NCBI GenBank assembly: GCA_002350625.1 | Contig: DEFE01000028.1 | Span: forward strand, 18,561 to 82,560 | Length of the DNA: 64,000 nucleotides | Direction: 5' to 3' | DNA from: Lachnospiraceae bacterium UBA2860 | GTDB lineage: Bacteria > Bacillota > Clostridia > Lachnospirales > Lachnospiraceae | Part shown: positions 1 through 7,773 of the stretch, piece by piece | How the letters are laid out: the number at the start of each line of letters is the position of its first letter | How positions within the stretch are numbered: the first letter of the stretch is position 1 | Position numbers and translations under genes: made by a program | Notes under the pieces: model-generated | What the model was told of the DNA's origin: nothing | Seen by the model: the letters and a program-made list of their open reading frames with translations, nothing else | Database searches by the model: none

Positions 1-237
1 AAGATAGACATCCATGGTGACGGCCGTCATGTCATAGCGGGCCATATAGCTGCGCCAGTCATAGATGAATTCCTTAGATGGAAACGGATAATCGCGGATG
101 AGCTGCTGGTTGATGATCTCTATGCCGTCGGTACCCAGGCTTTCCCGGACTTCCCGGATCTGGGCTTTCCAGTCCAGCTTTCCGAAGAACTGGGACTGCT
201 GATAGCTGTACAGGGATACGCCTCTTTTGATTGCCAT
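1..237 (-). CDS. Xylose-isomerase-like TIM-barrel protein (sugar phosphate isomerase/epimerase family). Candidate large subunit of a DgpC/CarB-type C-glycoside deglycosidase. Only the first ~79 codons are in the window.
   Basis: Minus-strand ATG at 237 overlaps the stop of the upstream gene (TAATG). Translation is MAIKRGVSLYSYQQSQFFGKLDWKAQIREVRESLGTDGIEIINQQLIRDYPFPSKEF..., typical of the N-terminus of these TIM barrels. Confidence 0.6.
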   Translation of the reverse strand, partial: MAIKRGVSLYSYQQSQFFGKLDWKAQIREVRESLGTDGIEIINQQLIRDYPFPSKEFIYDWRSYMARYDMTAVTMDVYL

Positions 238-707
238 TATGCCGCGCCTCCTTCTTCCAGTGTCATTTCGAAGATGCTGATGGTCTCTGTCTTGCCGGCG
301 CCCCCGCCGCTGCCCGGAAGCGGCGGATTTTTCACCCACGCTTCGTCCCAGGGCATATAGCCGTACTGCGCCAGAATGCTCTGCTGCAGGCCGATGGTGT
401 GCTTTCCCGGTTTAAGGCCGCCGTCCTTTTTCACGTGGACGATCCCGGCGTCGTCATAGTTCCAGTGTTCCCAGCAGCAGCTTTTCAGCTCTTCAAAGCT
501 CCTCGGAGCTTTTCCGTTGATCTCGAAGCGCTGCAGCTCCCTGGGATAGTTCACGCCGTCGCAGTCGATGTAATAGCCGTTGTGCAGGGACAGGAAACAG
601 CCGCGGTAATCCGCAATGCGGACGGCAAACTGAAATCCGGTGGCGTTCCCGTCCGCGTCCAGATCATTTTTCAGCGAGTGCGGGACAATCAAAAAGTTAT
701 CAAACAT
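237..707 (-). CDS. DgpB/CarC-like small subunit of a C-glycoside deglycosidase (DUF6379-type), 156 aa
   Basis: ATG at 707 is preceded by AAGGAGG with an 8-nt spacer. MFDNFLIVPHSLKN...TGFQFAVRIADYRG...CDGVNYPRE matches my recollection of this small-subunit family. It is coupled to the downstream TIM-barrel gene. The ORF-track start at 845 is a GTG without an RBS. Confidence 0.6.
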   Translation of the reverse strand: MFDNFLIVPHSLKNDLDADGNATGFQFAVRIADYRGCFLSLHNGYYIDCDGVNYPRELQRFEINGKAPRSFEELKSCCWEHWNYDDAGIVHVKKDGGLKPGKHTIGLQQSILAQYGYMPWDEAWVKNPPLPGSGGGAGKTETISIFEMTLEEGGAA

Positions 708-841
708 TCCGTGCGCCTCCTTTTCTTGTGTCGTTACCGGAGAAACTTTGGTGCAGATCGATACTTCAACCTGTCGTCCTGATACGATTATATCACCGCC
801 TCTGGAAGCCCTCCAGTATTTCACGCCCGCATTGTCTTTTC

Positions 842-982
842 TCACGCCACATCTGATTCGAACAGGATCAGTTCGACGGCGAGCCCGCCTGTGTCGTTCC
901 GGTCTTCCACCACATACAGTCCTTCTCCATCATACATTTCCACATATTCCCCAAAGTCATCGTACTCGATATGGTGCTTCAT
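842..982 (-). CDS. Hypothetical 46-aa acidic micro-protein (MKHHIEYDDFGEYVEMYDGEGLYVVEDRNDTGGLAVELILFESDVA)
   Basis: ATG at 982 is preceded by AAGGGGGAAC. The ORF is too short for the ORF track. No recognisable motif. Confidence 0.25.
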   Translation of the reverse strand: MKHHIEYDDFGEYVEMYDGEGLYVVEDRNDTGGLAVELILFESDVA

Positions 983-1103
983 ATGTTCCCCCTTATAATT
1001 CCGGCGCCCTTCACGCCTGTGATGATGCAGTTTCCTGCTGCATGGTCATAGAATAAAAGGGGATCTGTGTACGCAGACGGACAATGGGAAAATTTTTTCC
1101 CGT

Positions 1104-3158
1104 TCAAAGCAGAGTCCCTATCCGATCAGACGGTTCCGCCGTCATCAAAGTATGCAGCAGGCCGGAGAATACCTTTTCTGCTCTCATGATCTTTTCCTCT
1201 GAGTAGATGGCCTGATTGAACATCATGTACGGGACAATCTGATCCGGTCCTTCGATGATCTGGAAAGCCAGGCTTCTGGAGTTGACCGGGGCATGCGTCT
1301 CCACGCTGAGTCTGGTCCCGCCGATGGAGCCTATGCTTGAAGTGCTCATGATCTCACTTGTCTCATAGCAGACAATCATCATATCGTGCTCAAAGACGTT
1401 GTCCCGCTTTAAGCTCCATTCATAGGAGCTGCGGAAAAGGCTCCTGTTGGAGCTGCCGGAAAGCGCTTTGAAGAATTCGGCGAGCGTCATGTCCTCCTTC
1501 ACCTCAAGGCCGACCGTAATATAGCGGAACAGGCATCCGAAGGCGTTTTTCCGGATCTCATCGGTTCTGTCGTGGAAGATCCAGTCCACGAGTATTTTGT
1601 TCTTCTTTTCTATGGCACAGATCCCAAGCAGGCTGACAGCCGTAAACAGGAGATTTCTCGAAGTGTGCTGCTTCTTCTCAAAGTCCTTCATCGCCTCCGG
1701 GGAGACGGTCTCTTTAAGCGGGAAGAATACTCTGCCGGCCGGCCTGGCACTCACGTCCGGGATGAGATTGATGCACCAGTCGTCCCGGCCGTAGGCATTT
1801 TCGAGATACACCCTGTCCTCCTGATATTTCTTTCCGGCCCGGCGATTTTCTTCGTGGTACAGGCTGGCATAATAGGTGTCCAGGGGAAGCGGTTCTCCCT
1901 TCCACGCCCGGACAATGTCCTCGTTCAAAAGCTGCATGCCGGAGCCGTCCGTCATGATGTGGTGCACATCGAAGAAGAGATACACCGCCTTCTCCGTCTT
2001 CATGAGATGCACATGGATCAAAGGCTCTCCGATCATCCGGAACGGACGGACCAGGCTTTCCGACAGCTCCTGAAACTCTGCCTCACTGATCTCTTCCACC
2101 TGGACGACCGGCATCTTTTCCGGCGCGATGCGCTGCACCAGATCGCATTCTTCATCGAATTCCAGGACCGTATACAGAGCCGGCCGGTTCGCCAGCGCTT
2201 CATTCACCGCCCGGCAGAGACGTTCCGCATCCATAGCGGCGTCAAAGCGATACAGGCGCGGCAGGTTCCACATGACCGTGTGGGCGGAATAGATGCAGTA
2301 ATCAAAGATCGAGATCTGGTTCGTGGTGAGCGGATGTGCTTTTCCGCGTTCCCGCATCTCTGTCACAGCCGTATCTTCAGGCGCGCCTCCGGCTGTTCTG
2401 CCGTCGCCAAGGGCCGCGGTCCGCTCCTCCGTATCCGTGCTTTTCATGAAGATGCCGTCTGCCGGTTCGCCGCTGATCTCAATCTGCCGGACGTGCGCGC
2501 ACGTGTCCCCGACTGCGCGGAGCATTGAGGGAGGCGCGCACAGGACCGTAATGCGCTTATCCTCAAGATACTGCCGAAGCCGGGAAGGGTTCTTCACGAT
2601 ACTTAAGGGAACAACAAACAGGCGCGATCCATCATGGAGAACATTGATAAATTGTCTGATCGAAGCATCGAAACTTAGCGGCGTGATCAGCGCCAGCCTG
2701 TCTGATTCGAGAAATTCGGTATAGGGCGCAAATGCCGCATCGCGGAGGTCCGCCTTTTCAAAACCGGATAAGGGTTCCGTTTTCAGGATCTCCTCCCAGG
2801 CGCCGAGATCAATGACCAGCCTTAAGCGCAAGTCCTTTTTGATAAAAGCGATCCGCTCCGGAGGAGAATTGTACTCATCGATGGCAAAAGCAGCGCCGGC
2901 CTTCCATACGCCCAGCATGGAGATCAGGGCCAGACTGCTCCTGGGAAGGCAGATCAATACAGAATCCCCCCGGCCAATTTGTTTTTCCTTCAGCCAACCG
3001 TACAGCCTTCCGGACAGTTCATCCACCTGAAGCCTGCTTAGCCCCCGGGGATGAAGCTCGTCTGTCAGGACAAGCGCAGAAGGCTTCTCCGACACTTTTT
3101 TTGTCCATGCTTCCATCAGATCTTCTGTCCGGTTCCAAAAAGTGATCTCCATCTTCAT
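1104..3158 (-). CDS. NRPS-like protein: degenerate adenylation-domain N-terminus (no P-loop, no A5-A10) fused to an intact condensation domain. No carrier domain.
   Basis: A1/A2/A4-like motifs are present (LSRLQVDELSGRL, VWKAGAAFAIDEYNSPPERIAFI, LSFDASIRQF). The SGTTGxPKG region is absent. The condensation catalytic motif HHxxxDG is present as FDVHHIMTDGSGM. The ATG overlaps the upstream stop (ATGA, 3155-3158). Confidence 0.8.
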   Translation of the reverse strand: MKMEITFWNRTEDLMEAWTKKVSEKPSALVLTDELHPRGLSRLQVDELSGRLYGWLKEKQIGRGDSVLICLPRSSLALISMLGVWKAGAAFAIDEYNSPPERIAFIKKDLRLRLVIDLGAWEEILKTEPLSGFEKADLRDAAFAPYTEFLESDRLALITPLSFDASIRQFINVLHDGSRLFVVPLSIVKNPSRLRQYLEDKRITVLCAPPSMLRAVGDTCAHVRQIEISGEPADGIFMKSTDTEERTAALGDGRTAGGAPEDTAVTEMRERGKAHPLTTNQISIFDYCIYSAHTVMWNLPRLYRFDAAMDAERLCRAVNEALANRPALYTVLEFDEECDLVQRIAPEKMPVVQVEEISEAEFQELSESLVRPFRMIGEPLIHVHLMKTEKAVYLFFDVHHIMTDGSGMQLLNEDIVRAWKGEPLPLDTYYASLYHEENRRAGKKYQEDRVYLENAYGRDDWCINLIPDVSARPAGRVFFPLKETVSPEAMKDFEKKQHTSRNLLFTAVSLLGICAIEKKNKILVDWIFHDRTDEIRKNAFGCLFRYITVGLEVKEDMTLAEFFKALSGSSNRSLFRSSYEWSLKRDNVFEHDMMIVCYETSEIMSTSSIGSIGGTRLSVETHAPVNSRSLAFQIIEGPDQIVPYMMFNQAIYSEEKIMRAEKVFSGLLHTLMTAEPSDRIGTLL

Positions 3159-4732
3159 TTCCCCTCACCTAAAAATATACTGCGGCTTTTATGCAGGTCG
3201 CGGATGCCTTTGGCGGCCAAAAGGATGATAACCGGCGCAAAGTGGAAAAAGTATCTGGCCCTGGCCTCAAACAGCAGCTCGAACAGCATGATCCCGACGA
3301 CCGACAGCCGGATCACCGCATACTGTCTCATGCCTGTAAATACAGATACCAGCGAAAAGAACAAAACGGCCATCCAGAGCGCCTGAAGGAGATTAACCCA
3401 CACTTTATAAGGGGCTGCCTTTGGCTCGCAAAATACTGCCTTTAACGGTCGGGACAGGATTGTGGCGTCATCAAAGGTTTCATAGAAGAATTCTCCTTCC
3501 TTTCCCCATGTGAAGCTGCCGTCACTGTAATTTGTGAGCGTCTTTCTTACAGCGTGTGCAAGGAGTCCGGCCGCCCCCATCTCCGTCAGGCGCTCTTTCG
3601 CGACACGCAGTTCATCTTCGATTCTCCCCTTTTTGGATACTCTGCTCATTGAAAACTGGACATCCTTTTTGAGCCATGAGCCGTTTCGCTTCTGGTTGAG
3701 ACCCATCATGAGAAAATGCGAGGGGCCGAGGGCGCGCTCCGGGTTCAGATCGGGAAACAGGGCTTTTCTGGCGGCAAAAGCAAGACTGAGTGCAAGAAGG
3801 GCGCCAAGCGCACAGGCACAGGCCGCACCGAGGATATGCTTCAGGTCCGGCTTAAGAAGCGCCCGCGCACGGATCCGCCTTAAAATACCGACAAGTATGA
3901 TCGCGATCAGCACGATCATCGTCTGCGGCTTGATGTAATATCCGAGAAATGAGAGGAAGAAGATCCCGAACCATCTCACAAGGTTCAAAAGCGGGGCCGT
4001 CTGCTCAAGGAAGTACAGAAGAAGAACCGAAACAGGGAAAATCAGCGCGATCGAGTCAGAGTACGGGATGGAAACCCACGGAGACAAGCCGATCAGTAAT
4101 ACATAGATCATAAAGCCGGCCGCAGCCGCTCTGTCATCCCGGAGAACCTTTCTGATCAGGAAGAAGAACATGAAGCCGGTGAGCGTATTCAGAAAGCACT
4201 GGAATGCGATCTGCGCGAAGTAATCAATGCGCGGCAGATGCATGAGGTCGGCCAGTTTTGTGACGGCTCCCAGAAGGACGACGATCATGGCGTTATTGGG
4301 GTAAATGGAGAAGTATTCTTTCCAGCTCTCCATCAATACCCGGTCTCCCCTGGCGAACGCGAGCGACATCTCCCTGATGACCATGGCGTCCCAGCCGGTA
4401 AGGAAATAATAGCTGTACGCAGAGATCAGCTGATAAAGAAAGAGAGCTGCGCAGAGGATGATCACTGCTCGTTTTTTTGTTCCGCTTTTCGGTACGAATC
4501 TCCAGATCAGGCAGGACAGAAGGAAGAGCCCGATGCCTCCCAGAGGCAGAAGAATGAGATTCGGCAAGAGCTCTTTCAGCTTTCTGGCATATGTCCAGTG
4601 CTGGAAAGCCATACAGGTGAACAGGGCGGAAGAAAGCAAAAAGCCCAGCAGAATCCGGATCAATAGAGAAAAATTGCTTTTACTTTTCGGAACGGATTGA
4701 TCTCCGGCGCTCTCATTTATGTCTTGCATCAT
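3155..4732 (-). CDS. Polytopic membrane protein (~13 TM, with a ~130-aa extracytoplasmic loop before the last 3 TM). GT-C (ArnT/PMT_2)-like glycosyl/lipid-linked transferase candidate.
   Basis: 525-aa ORF. Ten hydrophobic segments are followed by a soluble loop (residues ~322-450) and then three more TM segments. Translationally coupled to the downstream NRPS-like gene. Family assignment rests on topology only. Confidence 0.6.
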   Translation of the reverse strand: MMQDINESAGDQSVPKSKSNFSLLIRILLGFLLSSALFTCMAFQHWTYARKLKELLPNLILLPLGGIGLFLLSCLIWRFVPKSGTKKRAVIILCAALFLYQLISAYSYYFLTGWDAMVIREMSLAFARGDRVLMESWKEYFSIYPNNAMIVVLLGAVTKLADLMHLPRIDYFAQIAFQCFLNTLTGFMFFFLIRKVLRDDRAAAAGFMIYVLLIGLSPWVSIPYSDSIALIFPVSVLLLYFLEQTAPLLNLVRWFGIFFLSFLGYYIKPQTMIVLIAIILVGILRRIRARALLKPDLKHILGAACACALGALLALSLAFAARKALFPDLNPERALGPSHFLMMGLNQKRNGSWLKKDVQFSMSRVSKKGRIEDELRVAKERLTEMGAAGLLAHAVRKTLTNYSDGSFTWGKEGEFFYETFDDATILSRPLKAVFCEPKAAPYKVWVNLLQALWMAVLFFSLVSVFTGMRQYAVIRLSVVGIMLFELLFEARARYFFHFAPVIILLAAKGIRDLHKSRSIFLGEGK

Positions 4733-4787
4733 CTCTCATCACTTTCTTCCTGAAGTCCTTTTTCGTCAGAAATTTCCACACCCTTTT

Positions 4788-4839
4788 ATAGCATACTTTC
4801 TTTCTGTCTGCTATAGTGCCGCCTATGAAAGTATGCTAT
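4788..4839. repeat. Perfect 13-bp inverted repeat (ATAGCATACTTTC ... GAAAGTATGCTAT) with a 26-nt spacer
   Basis: Read directly at 4788-4800 and 4827-4839. It lies in the AT-rich gap between the start of the membrane-protein gene (4732) and the breakpoint of the permease remnant (4842). Confidence 0.8.
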
Positions 4840-4841
4840 GA

Positions 4842-5162
4842 TTAAAGCCGCTCCGCCGCTTCTTCCCGAGCGTCGTCACCGGCACCGTGGTCACCGCAAT
4901 CGGTCTTTCACTGATCAGCGTCGGCGTCAACTCTTTCGGCGGCGGCATCCAGCTGCTTACGAAAGACGGGATCGGAACCCGCGAGGTGACAATTGTGGCC
5001 GTATCGCTCGGACTCGGCTACGGTCTCGGCTCCACGGCCAATGTTCTCTCCATGCTTCCTTCCTGGTTCGGCTATATCTTCGGCGGCTCCGGCATCGTGC
5101 CGGCAGCGATCTGCGCCATCATCCTGAATATCGCGCTGAAAAAAGAGCCGGCGGATCGGTAA
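4842..5162 (+). pseudogene. 3' remnant (~105 codons) of a nucleobase:cation symporter-2 (xanthine/uracil permease) gene
   Basis: The open frame from 4842 reads LKAALPRFFPSVVTGTVVTAIGLSLISVGVNSFGGG...GLGYGLGST...GSGIVPAAICAIILNIAL. This corresponds to the last TM segments of NCS2 permeases (full length ~430-460 aa). An in-frame TGA lies immediately upstream, there is no RBS, and the only start candidate is an internal GTG. Confidence 0.7.
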
Positions 5163-5310
5163 AAGACCGCAGCTGCCATCCGCATAACTCAAAAAAAAAA
5201 GAAGAATCTGCACTTCCCCGAAAATAGTGTATATTATGTTTAGTATAACATTATTTACGGAAATATAACATCGGAATACGACGATGAGACTCTGTACCGG
5301 CATGAACTGA

Positions 5311-7569
5311 ATGGGTGTTAACATGGATAAAACGGCTGCTTTTATCGTGAAACACAGATATCCTCTTCTCTTAGGCGCACTGATTCTCAGCATCCTGTCC
5401 GGGGTTCTTGCGCTCCGGGTTCCCATCAACACGGACATGACGAAATATCTGCCGGACGACTCCTCGATGAAGCAGGGGATTGATCTCATGGCAGAGGAAT
5501 TCAGCGATCTCTCCGTACAGAATACGATCCGCGTCATGTTTGAAAATCTGAGCGAAGAAGACGAAGACAGCGTCCTTGAAAAGCTGCAGGAAATGCCTTA
5601 TGTCTCGGCTGCCGTCCTTGCGTCCCGCAAGGAGCACGAGGGAAACGCATACACGCTTTTTACGCTGAGCACAGACTATGATTACCAGTCCCCCGAAGAG
5701 CTCTCGATCGAGCACGGGATACCGGATCAGTTTCCGGATGCCGCGGTCACTGTCCGCAATGACAACACCAGCGGGATGGAGATCCCCTTCTTTATCTTTG
5801 TCGTCGCCGCGGTTTTTCTCTTCGTCGTTCTCTTCGCCATGTGCGGATCCTGGGCGGAGCCGTTCCTCTTCCTTGCCGCGATCGGCATTGCCATTATCCT
5901 CAATATGGGGAGCAATATGATCCTCGGCAGCGTCGCCCAGGTCACCTGGTCCATCGCGGCCGTTCTGCAGCTGGTTCTGTCCATGGACTATTCCATCATC
6001 CTGATGAACCGGTTCAGACAGGAGAAGCAGAGCTTAAGTGACCCGGAGGAAGCCATGAGGCGGGCGCTTAAGAGAGCATTTTCCTCAGTCGCGAGCAGCG
6101 GATTCACCACCTTTGTGGGCCTTTTGATGCTGGTCTTCATGCGCTTCAAAATCGGCAAAGATATCGGCCTGGTCCTTGCGAAGGGCGTGCTCCTCAGCAT
6201 GCTCTGCGTGCTCTTTGTTCTCCCTTCCCTGATCCTTCTTTTCAACGGTCTCGTGGAGAAAACGGAGAAACCGGTTCTCAAAGTTCCGACTGATGCGCTC
6301 TCTTCGTTCAGCTTTCGTTTTCGCCGCGTTCTCGCTGTCGGATTTGTCGTTCTGTTCTTCGGCGCCTTTTATCTCGAGCGTCTGGCAGGGATCTCCTACT
6401 CCCTCTCTCCCGATGACCCCATCTCCCGCATCTTTGAAAAAGAGAACCAGATCGTTGTCCTTTACGCCAATGAAGATGAAGCTGCCGTTTTTCCGCTGAC
6501 GGAGCAGTGGGAAGAATCTCCTCATGTCCATACCGTCATTTCCTACGCGAACACACTCGGGCGAAAAATGACGCCGGACGAAATGGCGGTGTATATCCTG
6601 GGCATGATGCAGGGAGAAGGCGGGAGTTATGCATCCATCATGATCTCCGGCATGGGGGATTTCGGCAGCTATGAAGGCGTCGGAGAGGATCTGTCGAACC
6701 TGATCAGCGGCGATACTCTCGGCACGATCTATCAGCTGTACGGGCTAAGAAAGGGAGTGGCTGCGGAAAAGCTCTCCATAGAAGAGCTGTATGATTTTAT
6801 CAGAGAGAATCTCCAAAATCCGGTCATTGCCGCTCTTCTCGGAAAAAACATGACGGCCATGATCGAGGACGCCGGGGATATCTTCGCCTCCATTAAAGCG
6901 CAGATGGTCGGGCCGAAGCACGCTTTAATCATGCTCGGCACGGATTTGCCGGCGGAATCGGAGGAGACCGAAGCTTTCATCAAAGCGCTGCAGGAGGATC
7001 TGCGGTCGGCTGCGGGAAATGACTGTTATCTGGTCGGCAGCTCCGTGATGAGCAAGGAAATGAAAGACAGCTTCGGCAGGGAGCTGCTCACGATTTCTCT
7101 CCTCACGGCGGCGTCGATCTTCCTCGTCGTGATGCTCACCTTCAGGCAGCTGGTCGTTCCGGCCATCCTCGTGCTGCTGGTCCAGTGCGGTGTCTTCCTG
7201 ACGGTCTCGACGACCTGGCTCATGGGCTACCGGATGTATTATCTGGCGCTGCTGATTGTCCAGTGCATCCTGATGGGGGCGACGGTGGACTACGGCATCC
7301 TCTATACGAATTATTACCGCGAAATGCGAAAGACGTGCGGGCCGGCTGAAGCGCTCCGCGAGGCCTACCGCCGCTCTGTCCATACGATCCTGACCTCGTC
7401 CCTGTTTATGATTATCGTGACCGGCGCCATCGGTTTATCCCCGGCCGAGCCGACGATTGCGCAGATCTGCATGAGCATCTCGATCGGGACCGCCGCGGCG
7501 ACGATCCTGGTCATCTTTGTCCTTCCGGGAATTCTCGCTTCCCTGGACCGCTTTGTCGCGGCGCCTTAA
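5311..7569 (+). CDS. MMPL-domain / RND-superfamily membrane transporter
   Basis: 752-aa ORF with two TM bundles (residues ~165-330 and ~590-750), each preceded by a large soluble domain. The start is uncertain (ATG 5311 or 5323, neither with a strong RBS). Confidence 0.8.
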   Translation: MGVNMDKTAAFIVKHRYPLLLGALILSILSGVLALRVPINTDMTKYLPDDSSMKQGIDLMAEEFSDLSVQNTIRVMFENLSEEDEDSVLEKLQEMPYVSAAVLASRKEHEGNAYTLFTLSTDYDYQSPEELSIEHGIPDQFPDAAVTVRNDNTSGMEIPFFIFVVAAVFLFVVLFAMCGSWAEPFLFLAAIGIAIILNMGSNMILGSVAQVTWSIAAVLQLVLSMDYSIILMNRFRQEKQSLSDPEEAMRRALKRAFSSVASSGFTTFVGLLMLVFMRFKIGKDIGLVLAKGVLLSMLCVLFVLPSLILLFNGLVEKTEKPVLKVPTDALSSFSFRFRRVLAVGFVVLFFGAFYLERLAGISYSLSPDDPISRIFEKENQIVVLYANEDEAAVFPLTEQWEESPHVHTVISYANTLGRKMTPDEMAVYILGMMQGEGGSYASIMISGMGDFGSYEGVGEDLSNLISGDTLGTIYQLYGLRKGVAAEKLSIEELYDFIRENLQNPVIAALLGKNMTAMIEDAGDIFASIKAQMVGPKHALIMLGTDLPAESEETEAFIKALQEDLRSAAGNDCYLVGSSVMSKEMKDSFGRELLTISLLTAASIFLVVMLTFRQLVVPAILVLLVQCGVFLTVSTTWLMGYRMYYLALLIVQCILMGATVDYGILYTNYYREMRKTCGPAEALREAYRRSVHTILTSSLFMIIVTGAIGLSPAEPTIAQICMSISIGTAAATILVIFVLPGILASLDRFVAAP

Positions 7570-7773
7570 GAAAAACTGCTGATGAGATCTGCCGCTTTCT
7601 GTGCGCGCCGGCTTCCGACATTTTCTCCCGGTAAAAAAAACACAAAAACTCTGCCGGAATATACATGGAATAACGATACCGGTTTTGTTAATGTCTATAT
7701 ATCTTATAAACGACAACGCCGTTGTCTGACAAATCCCGTATGAATTCCGGGAAGAAAAGGAGGAATTCCACCG

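Noticed and set aside
237-845. Long (202-aa) form of the DgpB-like ORF starting at GTG 845
   Set aside because: The extension has no RBS. An AAGGAGG lies 8 nt before the internal ATG at 707, and family members (as I recall them) start MF... at about 150-160 aa.
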